Source of the DNA: the human T2T-CHM13v2.0 reference genome, Homo sapiens
Length of the DNA stretch: 64,000 nt
Reading direction: 5' to 3' (one strand)
Assembly: GCF_009914755.1 (NCBI RefSeq)
Contig: NC_060926.1
The notes under the pieces are model-generated. The model ran no database searches and had not been told where the DNA came from. It was given only the letters and a program-made list of their open reading frames with translations. A program made the position numbers and the translations under genes. This document shows positions 24,305 to 36,673 of the stretch, in pieces. Positions within the stretch are counted from its first letter, which is position 1. Each line of letters opens with the position of its first letter.

Positions 24305-25547
24305 CAATTAATTTTTGATAAAGTAGCCAAAATTTCTCAATGCAGAAAGAATCGTCTCAAGCAAATAGTGCTGGATCAACTGGATATCTATATGTGAAAG
24401 AATGAAGTTGGACCCCTACCTTACATCAGATAAAAATTTAACTCAAAATTGATCAATTACCAAAACATAAGAACCAAAACTAGAAGAAAACATAGGGAAA
24501 ATATATATATATTTTTGCTTCAAATACAACATTAAGAAAGTTAAAAGACAACCTACAGGATGAGAGAAAATATTTGTAAATCATGTATATGATAAGAATC
24601 TAGTATCTGAAACAAACAAAAAAAAAACTCCTACAGCTCAACAACAAAAAGACAAATAACCCAACAAAAAAGTAGTCAAAGTATTTGAATAAATATTTCT
24701 CCAAAAAAGATATACAGTACAAATAGCAAACAAGGATGTGAAAAGATGCTTAACATCATTAGTCATCAGGGACTCAAAACCATGAGATACTACTAGAAAA
24801 AAATCAACAACAGTATATAACAAGTGTTGGTGAAGGTGTGGAGAATTTGAAATGTTGGTGGTGGAAATATAAAATGGTGCAGCCGCCGTGGAAAACAGTT
24901 TGGTAGTTCTTCAAAAATTTAAACAAATGTCCATCAATGGATGATGGAAAAACAAAATATGGTAATACATACAATAGAATATTAGCCAGAAAAAGGAAAA
25001 AAGTACTGAGTACTGACACATTCTGCCACATAGATAAATCTCAAAAACATTACACCAAATACAAGAATCCAGAATCAAAGATCACATTTTGTAGAATTCC
25101 GTATATATGAAACATCTAGAATAGGGAAATCCACAGAGACAAAAATCAGATTGGTGGATGCCGGTGTCTGAAAAGACAAGGGAATAGGGAGTGACTGAAT
25201 AATGGGTATGAGGTTTGTTTTTGGTTGGTGATAGTGTGTTAGGACTAGACAGAGGTGGTAGTTGTACAACACTGGATAAGTTCCACTGAATTATACATTT
25301 TAAAATAGTATGAAATATCTACTGTGAAGGATCATTGAAAGATTCAGTTGGCCATGTATGTAGAACACTGAGTAAGTGCTTTGTAAATAGTAAATATATC
25401 ATTTTATATAAAGAAAAATATTGCATTGCTTATTTCAGTTAACATAATCACTGAGATGTTAATGTACAAAAGTGTAATCATAATTATTAGAATAGTATAA
25501 AATAAAATAGTAAATTTTATGTTACACAAGTTTCATGTCAATAAAAA
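24305..25547 (+). mobile_element. L1MB-like element, right part with 3' UTR, interrupted at 25311-25502
   Basis: ORF2 end and 3' UTR motifs (AGAATAGGGAAATCCACAGAGAC, CCACTGAATTATACATTTTAAAATAG); terminus AAATTTTATGTTACACAAGTTTCATGTCAATAAAAA. Confidence 0.8.
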
Positions 25548-25559
25548 GTTTTAGCCAAA

Positions 25560-25722
25560 CAAATCAGCATAAAGTATGAACTTCAGTTAATAATAATAAT
25601 AATAATAATGGGCCATACTAACATAAGATGTTAATAATAGGGAAATCAAGTGTGGGGTATATGGGAATTCATTCACAGAATTTTTTGGAAAAGTAAAACT
25701 ATACTAAATTAAATTTTTTTAA
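25560..25722 (+). mobile_element. L1MC-type 3' terminal fragment with (TAA)n
   Basis: AAGATGTTAATAATAGGGAAA...GTGTGGGGTATATGGGAATTC. Confidence 0.65.
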
Positions 25723-26675
25723 AAGACAAAAAATTTTTAAAAACAAAATTGAAAAACAAATGACAAAGTTGGAAAAATCTGCAACTCATGACAAACTAAA
25801 GGCTAATTTTCTCAACTTTAAGGACTCCTAGAAATTAAGAGAATGTTCACACATCCAATAGGAAAATGGGAAAAGAAAGGTTTATCAAAAGTAAGACAAA
25901 GAGTTCATTAAAATATCTCGTTCAAGCATATGAAGAGATGTTTAACTTCTTTTATAAAAAGAAAGAAAGGTACATTGAAAATGACCCTATTGTAACATTG
26001 TTACCCACCAGAATGACAAAAATCTAAAAGTTTGACAACATACTCTTTGGTAAGGCTGTATGGAAATAGGCATTCAAAATGATATGTATATAAACTGGTA
26101 TAACTCTGAAGGATAATTTATCAATATCCATCAAAATTACAAATGAATATACTCACTAACAATTTCATTTGCAGTAATCTATCTTACAGATACACTACAT
26201 ACATAAGAAATGACATACGTACAAGTTTATTCATTTCAGTGGTGTTTTGAATAGTAAAAGACTAGAAAAATCCTGAAAGTCCACTGGGGCTGGACGAATA
26301 TTATTTATGGTACATTCGTATAATGACATACTATACAGCTTCAAAAAAGAATGAAGTAATTCTCTATGTGCCAGCATAAAATGAATCTGAGATTTAATGT
26401 TAAGTGAAAACAGAATAGTATGTATGAATGCTTTTTTTTGTAAAAAAAAAAAAGGAGATAGAAAAATGACAAATATATTTTCATTCATTTGTGTATGAAT
26501 CAAGAAACTCTAAAAGATATACAATAACAGTGGTTATACCATTATACCTTGAAAGAGAAGGAGTATTCTTTGGGTGAGTAGGGAGGCATTGGGTAGAATG
26601 AATTGAAGGAATGCATTTTATTAAGTACTTAAAAAAAACTTGAACCATGTGAAAGTATTACCTATTTAAAGTTAA
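25722..26675 (+). mobile_element. Old L1 (L1ME-like), right part of the outer element
   Basis: AAACAAATGACAAAGTTGGAAAAATCTGCAACTCAT continues the L1 sequence broken at about 22232; 3' UTR ends near TGAACCATGTGAAAGTATTACCTATT. Confidence 0.65.
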
Positions 26676-27226
26676 ACTAAAGAATACTTAAGCAACCAAG
26701 TCAGAAAGAATTCGTAATGTAGAGATTGGTGTAGACTTTCTCAGAGGAAGACATTCAATGAAGCCATTGTTTCTGAGGCTTCTTGTTAAAACAAGCTACA
26801 GACTTCCACGTGTATGAAAATTGTTATGGAAGACAAAAGTGCCCCAACACCTTGTCTTCTTTGACCTTGAAAAGCAAAATCATTGGTTTTTCAGGGAGTG
26901 CTGCTGGGCTAGCCTCATCATTCAGGTGGTCTTGCCTTCCTCAGACTCTGCCTCTGGCTCTACCTCCAGTGCCAAGAACAATGCTTGACACCAATTCAGT
27001 GCTAGTTAGTATTTATTGAACAATTAAATTTAGGGAGCGCCTATCACTGTGTAAGTAGTTTTAGTCATAGATATTGAATCAGTGGTCAAAGGGGAATGAG
27101 AATTTTTTTTAATGAAACATCCATTTTAACTTGACAATGTTTTGGAACCTAAAATCAGAAAGAACCTTTTTTTTTTTTTTTTTTAATCCACCTGGAAATC
27201 AGGTGTAGCTCCCTGGGTCAGTTTTA

Positions 27227-27362
27227 TTTTTATTTTTTATTTTTTAGAGATGCGGTCTCCCTGTGTTGCCCAGGCTGGTCTTGAACTCCTGGGCTCAAGT
27301 GATCCTTCTGTTTTGGCTGCCTAAAGTGCTGGGATTACAGGTGTGGGGCACTGTGCCCAGCC
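27227..27362 (-). mobile_element. FLAM (free left Alu monomer)
   Basis: Single left arm with T-rich tail; TSD TGGGTCA(G/A)TTTTA at 27214-27226 and 27364-27376. Confidence 0.9.
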
Positions 27363-27757
27363 TTGGGTCAATTTTAGAAAATACTCCCTGTCCATCACAG
27401 ACTCACCATAAAACAAAAATCATGTTTCTTCCCAGAAGAATGGGAGGAACTACTTGCATGTTTTTTCTATATTCTTTTCAGTGTACCACATCTCAGGGGC
27501 AGGGAAATATTCCTTGGAGAAGACATTGACAGTCTCTTGGTGGAGGAGCAAATGAAGGGTTGCTTCTACTGGGTGACTTTTATCCCTGAATAGAGATATG
27601 TTACTTTAAAAAATTTTTAACATTTGAACAATTTTCATATGTTTTTCAAGCCTTGGGAATGCTGAGTATATCAGAATATGAAACTAGAATGAGAGCAGAA
27701 AAAACAGCCTTCAGATTTCCAAAATGAAAATAGAAAATAGAAGAAAAAGAAGTGTGT

Positions 27758-28939
27758 CCTTATACAAAACTTAACTCAAGATGCATTAAAGGCTTAAATG
27801 TAAAACCCGAAACCATAAAAACCCTAGAAGAAAAACTAGGCAATATGATTTAGGACATAGGCATGGGCAAAGACTTTGTGACTAAAACTCCAAAAGCAAT
27901 GGCAACAAAAGCCAAAATTGACAAATGGGACCTAATTAAACTAAAGAGCTTCTGCAAGGCAAAAGAAACTACCATCAGAGTGAACAGGCAACCTACAGAA
28001 TAGGAGAAAATGTTTGCAATCTACCCATCTGACAAAGGGCTAATATCCAGAATCTACAAGGAACTTAAATTTACAAGAAAAAAACAACCCAATCAAAAAG
28101 TGTGTGAAGGATATGAACAGACACTTCTCAAAAGAAAACATTTATGTGGCAAACAAACACATGAAAAAAAGCTCATCATCACTGGTCATTAGAGAAGTAC
28201 AAATCAAAACCACAATGAGATACCATCTCATGCCAGTTAGAATGGCAATTATGAAAAAGTCAGGAAACAACAGATGCTAGAGAGGATGTGGAGAAATAGG
28301 AACACCTTTACACTGTTGGTGGGAGTGTAAATTAGTTCAACCATTGTGAAAGACAGTGTGGCAATTCCTCAAGGATCTAGAACCAGAAATACCGTTTGAC
28401 CCAGCAGTCCCATTACTGGGTATATACCCAAAGGATTGTAAATCATTCTGCTATAAAGACACATGTACATGTATGTTTACTGCAGCACTATTTACAATAG
28501 CAAAGACTTGGAACCAACCCAAATATCCGTAAGTGATAGACTCAATAAAGAAAATGTGGCACATATACACCATGGAATACTATGTAACCAAAAAAGGAAT
28601 GAGATCATGTCCTTTGCAGGGACATGGATGAAGCTGGAAGCCATCATTATCAGCAAACTAACACAGGAACAGAAAACCAAATACCGCATGTTCTCACTCA
28701 TAAGTGGGAGCTGAACAATGAGAACATATGGACACAGGGAGGGGAACAACACACACCAGGGCCTGTCGGGGCGGGGGGGGGTGGGTAAGGAGAGGGAGAA
28801 CATTAGGACGAAAAAATGATGCATGTGGGGCCTAAAACCTAGATAATGGGTTGATAGGTGCAGCAAACCACCATGGCACATCCATACCTATGTAACAAAC
28901 CTGCACATTCTGCACATGTATCCCAAAACTTAAAAAAAG
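27758..28939 (+). mobile_element. 5'-truncated L1PA (L1PA7/8-like), ~1.2 kb
   Basis: ORF2 C-terminal region and 3' UTR (AAAACCTAGATAATGGGTTGATAGGTGCAGCAAACCACCATGGCAC); TSD AGAAGTGTGT at 27748-27757 and 28940-28949. Confidence 0.95.
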
Positions 28940-30008
28940 AGAAGTGTGTTTGCACTTGGTTTACTATTTCAATTTTAAGCATCTATAAACGTAATGCGTA
29001 AATCTCTCCCATTGTCAATTGCCAAGAAAGTACCTTTGGATTTTATATTTAAGCATGGAGACTTATAATTTACCACTAGGTCAAGAGATGGCTGGAAATA
29101 CTTTTATCATAATTTGCTTACATTAATTATTTTCTCTAATGCTTTGCGGTTTTGTAGCTGAAGGGTTTTACAAAATCTTCTACTTTGGGATGAAAAGACA
29201 TCTTAAGCAGCACGCTTGTCAATGGGAACACACTTCTCTTTCCTTCTCAGAACCGATTTTCTAGGTATGATGAAAAAGTTCTAGGTGGTATCACCTGGGT
29301 CTGGATCACTTTGGTCCCCAGAAAAGTTCCAAAATATGTAAGATGTTCAGGTCTCCTAAATGGATATCATAGTCTCTTAGACTTTCAGGCTTTTAAACTG
29401 AGATCTCAATCAGACCTTCTGATTTATTTCATTCTGGTCAATATTCACATTCTTACGTCTACATTGAAACAAAGTTGGGAAATAAAAAGTAGATTGTATT
29501 TGTTTGCCACCTTGACTCTGAAGTTTATCCACTACTCCCACCTTCATTATGCCTGTCCTCTGGATCCCAGGAGAATTTCTGACTGTGCACTTTGATATTG
29601 TCCCATCATATTTGCTGAGCATTGTTACTGTTTCTTTGGTGCGATAATGAGCTCTTCAAGGGCGGAGCCTCTGTCTGACACTTCCTGTGTCCACCCAATT
29701 CTTGACCCAGGATTCTGTATACCGTGGAACTGGGCAAACAGTCATCATTTTATATGACAGCTGACCACAATGACATCTTACAAATATCTGCATTTAGGAA
29801 TGTGTTATGAGCAACATTTCAGCAATAGAGCCAAATATCTCCTGTGAACTAGAAATTTTATGTCTCACACTTGTCTTTTCAACGAGTTGTATACTTATGT
29901 GTGAAAATGTATGCTATTTGTTGCCACCTATCAAAGGAATAGACTTTGTATAATTTCCCACATTGGACAATTTAAAAGTGTTTGTGAAGCAAAATTAGTT
30001 ATGAGTGA

Positions 30009-30407
<399 letters not shown>

Positions 30408-30489
30408 TAACATCACCCACCTGAGAGTACATAGTAAGGCTCACAAAATGCTTCTTTTCTCCAGAGTCACTGTGATTTAATACTAACTT

Positions 30490-30640
30490 GAGTTCAATAA
30501 TGAGCTTCTGGGGGTCCTAGAACCTCCAGAAAGCATTTGCAAAACTTTGTGTTTACACACATTTTACTAAGGAAGAGCAAGAGCTTTCATACCATAGTTC
30601 CACGGGGGCCAATGACCCCAAAATATTAAAAGCACCAACT
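30490..30640. mobile_element. hAT-Charlie-type MITE remnant
   Basis: GGGGTCCTAGAACCTCCAGAAAGCATTTGCAAAACTTTGTGT...GAGCTTTCAT...TGACCCCAAAATATTAAAAGCACCA. Confidence 0.5.
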
Positions 30641-31815
30641 TAGAATCTTACAATCCACTTATGAATAATTTCAGACGGATCTCATCATCAAATTGTGTAT
30701 AGATTATAATAAATATTTCAAGTTATTTATTCATTTATTTAGTACACACAAGGTACTGTACTTCCAGATGCCAAGTACTGTCCTTGATGCTGGGAAGATA
30801 AGAACAATAAGCTCATAGAACGAGAATGTTAGAAGCATTTCCCAAGTAAATAAAACCAAACAGAATTAGGCCAAGGTGACTCTCCTTTAAGTTTTCTGGT
30901 ACTGATCTGACACTTTGTTCTTTCAAAGGTTGGTTATCACTACAAGTACATATTTTTAATTGAGTTACCATAATAACTATAAATCACTTCAATTAACATT
31001 AACTTCTATTGTGGCAGATATAATTAAGAATACATATGTGACTGTTTCTGCTTTTTGTAATGAGCTTTCATAGTAATCACTATTGGAACTACAGTATTAA
31101 GTATAATTACTGAGTAATCTACTAGAACCCAGAATCACTTTATAATTATATGATATTTTCCTAAGCATATAGCATGTAGTTACTTTGAGAGTGAAGCATA
31201 AGAGTGACATTTTAGCAATCCATTACGTAATTGATGAAATTTTACTAATAAATGTGAGTTAAAATTCATAAATGCTAGACATTTGATTTCCAAAATAAAG
31301 CCAGTGATTCATTCAGCTACTTTTTGAAAGGGAAGACACCTTATTTTAAAACCCTAATTCCAAGGGGGAAAATTATCTGAACACACAAATCATGTGGTTT
31401 TAGAGTCCAAAAGTAAAGCAGATGGCATTAATTGTCTATATTGAAAGTAAGTGTGTGTTTAATATGCTAGAATAGGATTTTTAAAAACAGTTATATCTTT
31501 GTCTGCAGCTCGTTTTTTTTTGGCATATATCTCTAAAAGTTTCTAATAGAAGCTTTGGGATATATTTTTCAAAAAATTATTTTCAGCTTAAAAAATGTAT
31601 TTTCTGGCAGATGCAGAACTCACATTAAATTCTAAAAAGTTGAGGGGAGGGTGATTGTGTTTTCTCAAGATCTGTGACTTGTTACTTAACAAAGAACCCA
31701 TTGTAAAATTTCCAAAAACATCGTAGCAATCTAAGACAGAAAGAAAGTATGGCACATAGCAATGATCCCAATTTTTAGGAGCATCGAGAATTAGAAGACA
31801 AATTATATAATAAAG

Positions 31816-32251
31816 TGTATTGATTACCTAGGGCTGCTATAACAAATTACCATAAATTTGGTGGCTTGAAACAACAATTTATTCTTTCACAGTTCTGAAG
31901 TCCAGAAGTAAAAAAAAAAAAAAAAAAAAATCGAAGTGTTGGACAGGTGGGTACCTTTATGGAGGCTCTGAGGGAGAATCTGTGCCATGCCCGTCTACCA
32001 GCTTCTAGTGGCTATCAGCAGTCCTTAGTGCTCTTTGACTTGTAGACATAACAATAGTCTCTGGCTCCATCTCTACCTGGCCTCTTCCCTGTGTCTTCTT
32101 TTCTGTCTCCTATCTGGACACCTATTCTTGGGTTTAGGGCCCATGCTAATCTAGAGTTTTATTATATCCAGAAAGACCCTCATTTCAAATAAGGTTACAT
32201 TCTGAGGTTCCAGGTGGACATATCTTGTGGGGGACACATCCAGCTACTACA
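31816..32251 (-). mobile_element. MLT1C-like MaLR solo LTR
   Basis: TGTATTGATTACCTAGGGCTGCTATAACAAATTACCATAAATTTGGTGGCTT...GGAGGCTCTGAGGGAGAATCTG...AAATAAGGTTACATTCTGAGGTTCC...TACTACA. Confidence 0.85.
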
Positions 32252-33000
32252 TAAGGTATGAATGTACATGTAACTTTTCAGAAGGAGTCAGAGCTGTGAG
32301 GTGTCCAAATGAAGCCAAAACCTTAGAAAGAGAGCTCTTAGACCTGGAAATGATCTCTGAGAAAAGTAGGACTCCTCCTTCCATTCAACTTGTAGGAAAT
32401 TATCACCACTTAAGAGAAAAAACAAGGAATGTCAAAAAAACTAAATGGTTTAGCAAGTAATATCATCCAGGAAGTGACCAAAGAGAGCCAGTATGTGTCA
32501 CTGGCTTCCCACAGAAGTGCTGTTTTCACTCCACTTCATTCAGAGAAAGCAGCACTTAAAGGTGGCCTTAAGGGGTAGGTAAAGAGGAAAGAAAAGAAGA
32601 AACCTGAAGTTATTGTAGGAGAAGAAAAATGGGCTGTATTTGGTGGAATTCCTTGTGTCTGACCACTTTAACATCTCAGTGAGGTTATAACTACTACTTT
32701 ATTGTATCCACCGAACTATCACCTTTGCCTTTACTCATTTTATCACTGCCCATTTAGCCATGAGAAAAGTGTTAAATAAATATTTTTGAGTAGCAGTGAA
32801 CTAAATTGATTCAATTATAGGTGGGTGCCTTGGGACTCTGCCTAGGTGAGGTTACTATATGCATAATTTATTTATCAGGGGATTTGTTTTGAAAGCAAGT
32901 CTATCTCAGTTTCAGAGTTCAGCAACGTCGATTAATTAATTGAACATTTTGAAATATCCTTGCACCCTTTCAAGAACAGATAGAGGGCTCTTGCTGCCAC

Positions 33001-33326
<326 letters not shown>

Positions 33327-33329
33327 CTA

Positions 33330-33529
33330 AGATAGTAAGCAGGGAAAGCATTGGAGGCTTGTGGGTCATATTGTCTCTATTGCAACTACTGAACAATGCT
33401 GCTGTAACAGGACAGAAGCCATAGACTATATGTAAGCCAATGGATGTGATTGTGTTTCCGTGTAACTTTGTTTATAAAGATAAGTGGTCGACCAGATCAG
33501 GTCCATGGACTGTAGTTTGCCAAACTATG
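33330..33529. mobile_element. MER58A-like hAT-Charlie MITE
   Basis: GGCTTGTGGGTCATATTGTCTCTATTGCAACTACT...AGCCATAGAC...CCATGGACTGTAGTTTGCCAA. Confidence 0.8.
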
Positions 33530-33900
33530 TGGTGGGATACTTTTTAAAATTTTCAGTAAATAGTACCTCCGGTCCCTTAGTAGTGCTTCAACCACTGACA
33601 TGATCTTTTTCTCCTTTACTGGCCATAGCTAGGCAATCTCTACATATTATTGAGCACATTAGCTCTACTCCTACAAACATCTTCTTGGTTCAGAGAAGTC
33701 CCCATTATTCAGACTTTTCCTCAGGAATCTTTCTTGCTCTCTTGGTGTTAGTTTTTTCCTCCTTTGACGTCTTTTACAAACCATAGGTAGAGTTACCCTT
33801 CTAAAATATTTCTCAAAAACTACGTTCAGTAAGTGAGGATTCCATGGAGTACTATATGTTCAAGCAGTGAAGTGCTAGAAAAATATGAGTAACATAGTCC

Positions 33901-34040
33901 ATGGTGGCAAGTTGCATATCTATCCACTTGGTGACTGATGCGTATTCTTTGGACTTTAGCTACCAATGTTTTCTTTCAACTTAATATATCCATCATATTT
34001 CCTACTCATTGTATTATGTGAATTTATGTTTTGAGGAGAT
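33901..34040 (+). repeat. Local duplication B, copy 1 (~140 bp), followed by an A-tract
   Basis: Aligns with 36533-36673 at about 92% by manual count. Confidence 0.95.
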
Positions 34041-34179
34041 TTGTCAAAAAAAAAAAAAACAAAACAAGAGAATAACATTCAGACCAGTTAACCTGTTATT
34101 CTTGACTCTCAAAAGCCTGGCTGTAGTTGAAGATAAGTCAATTGAACAGACATGCATTGAGCATGTAGCAAAGTGTTGA

Positions 34180-34400
34180 AGAGGGTGTGTTGTTGAAGCA
34201 GATCATTTACTTTCAAATCTCAGCTCCGTAATTCTAGCTGTGTGCCTTAGATGCATGGCTTACCTAACTTTTTCTCACCTGAAAATGGGAATAGTAACAG
34301 TTTCAATCTCATAGGACGGTTACGAAGATTAAATAATTTTTTGAGAGGTGGTGCAAGTACTGACACATAGTAAGTGTTAATGTTTTCTTTATTATCATTG
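34180..34400 (+). mobile_element. MIR SINE
   Basis: TTCAAATCTCAGCTCC...CTAGCTGTGTGCCTTAG...CTCACCTGAAAATGGGAATAGTAACAG...GACACATAGTAAGTG. Confidence 0.8.
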
Positions 34401-34489
34401 TTATCATCATCATCATCATCATACCAATCACATGCCAGTCCCATAGCTAGTGCTAAATATTTATTGAATTCCTTGTACAATTGAATTCC

Positions 34490-34850
34490 TTGTACAAACT
34501 AGGCATTGTTCTAGGTGTTGGGGATGTAACAGTGAAAAGATAGACTAAGCCTCTGCCATCATTATGTCATATTAGTCATTGGTTTATTCAACAAATATTC
34601 ACTGAGGGCCTTTGATGTACCAGGCACTTCTAGGTACTATGACAGCTGTTTATTAAGACTGAAAAATCCCTGCTCTCATAAACTTATGTTTAGTCATTTA
34701 GGTGTGGTCTTTTCATCTAAACTATGTGTTTCTTGGGGCCAGTAACTATATCTTAATTATCCTGTATCCCAAGAGCCTACAAAAGGATTATCACATAGAG
34801 ACTTATTTCATAAATATTAAATTAGTAAATGCATGAATGAATGAAAAAAA
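34490..34850. mobile_element. L2 3'-end remnants, several, in both orientations
   Basis: AGGCATTGTTCTAGGTGTTGGGGAT; TTTATTCAACAAATATT...GTACCAGGCAC; AATGCATGAATGAATGAA. Confidence 0.6.
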
Positions 34851-36047
34851 ATGAAATGAACACCTATGTTCACTAGGCACAAATAAGTTAGCATTAACTA
34901 ATTTTGAATGAAGTTGAAATCAACCATCCTTGTCAGAATCACGTCACACACCATTCCATGAGATTCCTATTGAGGAACGTAACACCCACCCTACTTCTGA
35001 ATTTGGAAGCTCAGTTTTCACAGGCAGCAAGTATGGCAAGAGGGAATAAAATCCTCACAAGAAACAAGATTCCAAAGGAATATATTAAACAGAACATTAG
35101 GACTCTGCACAATTTGCAGCAATAGAGATTCCAGCTAAATTTCTCAATTCAGCTTTGCTTTCTATTCGAAGTAGCAATGAAATCATGAAAAGTGTAAAAG
35201 ATGTGGAATGATAAAAACAACCTGGAGACCATGTCTAAAAAACCTTTAGAAGTCTTTGCAAATTAATTAATAATGATTTTGTTCTGCTTGAAATAAAAAT
35301 GGAGAGATTATATCTAATAACACTTTGTGATATGTAGAAAATAAAGAAGGACAATAACCATGCCCCCGTCCTTGAAAGAGCACCTATTGTAATTAGGTGA
35401 GATAATAAAGTTTGCGCAGGATGAAGGCCATGTTCAGGTATTGGGAAGAGCAGGAGAAAGGGGAGAAATTTGGGATTTTTCTCAGGCCTGACTTGAGGAA
35501 AACTTGAACACTTCAGATGCTTTATGAAAGCCTAGAGTATATTGCTCAATTTGGAAGATGTTTCTTTAAACAGCTTCAGAAATATAATCTGACCCATTTT
35601 CCTCAGCCATGCTTATGGGAAAGCTTATCAACAAAACGGTTTTATAGGGAAATGTTTCAGAGACCTTCTGGCTGCCCCCACATGCAAATCATCAGGCAGC
35701 ATGCACTTGGAGAACAAGAATATAATCAATTGCACAATGAAACATTTCCATTTCTCCTCTTGAACAGAAAAGAAGGAGCTAAAAATGTCCCAAATCCTAG
35801 AAACCTCACCAGTAAAGTAAGAATCATGTAAAGTTTTCACTAAGGCTTAGGAAAGATGTTTAATCACATTAACCTCTATTGATACAGTGCTTGGTATAAA
35901 ATTACATTCTATAGTATTGTCCTAAATTTCTAGAGAGGAAAAAAAAAACCCAATCCTGGTTGCTATTTTTCCTTAGGTAAATAAGTTAAGGTCATGTGGA
36001 TAAGTAGAAAATGAGAGAAGCTTCGACCATAGCCTGGTGACTATACC

Positions 36048-36048
<1 letters not shown>

Positions 36049-36100
<52 letters not shown>
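36049..36100. repeat. (TG)26 microsatellite
   Basis: Perfect dinucleotide run. Confidence 0.98.
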
Positions 36101-36101
<1 letters not shown>

Positions 36102-36532
36102 TTTGGAAGATGCTTTAAGATTCAAATACTGATTATGGGAACTACAGGAAATTCTTTACATGTAGTCAGATTGGAAATGTGACAGACACTGTTTGGGTAA
36201 GACAATACAGCTAATATGTCCCTATGGTAAGATGGTCACAGCATGCAAAGTTTGAATTTTTGGGCTTCATCTTAACCCAAGGACCAAGCATATATTGTGC
36301 TTGCTGGTCAGAGAAAAACAAACAAACAAAAAAGAAATTGCCTAAAAGGAAATCTACCTTATCCTGAGATAAAATGTACATGAAATAGGGTTATAACAAG
36401 ATTTACATTCTATAATCATTAGGAATAAAGGGAATATTTGCAGATCTATCTTCCTAAAGAACAAATTGAAAAACTTTTCTGATAAAATCTTTCCACACTG
36501 TGATATTCAGTTCTGTCAGATACCACAGAAAA

Positions 36533-36673
36533 ATGATGGCAAGTGAGCATATCTATCGACTTGGTGACTGATGTGTATTCTTTGGACTTCAGATACCGAT
36601 GTTTTCTTTCAACTTAATATATCAATTATATTTCCTACCCATTGTATTATGTGAATTTATGTTTTGAGGAGAT
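36533..36673 (+). repeat. Local duplication B, copy 2
   Basis: Direct repeat of 33901-34040, offset by about 2.63 kb. Confidence 0.95.

Noticed and set aside
28767-28800. G-quadruplex-like G-run
   Set aside because: Standard G-rich tract of the L1PA 3' UTR.
28010-28881. ORFs over the L1PA copy
   Set aside because: Frameshifted L1 ORF2 C-terminus and antisense 3' UTR.
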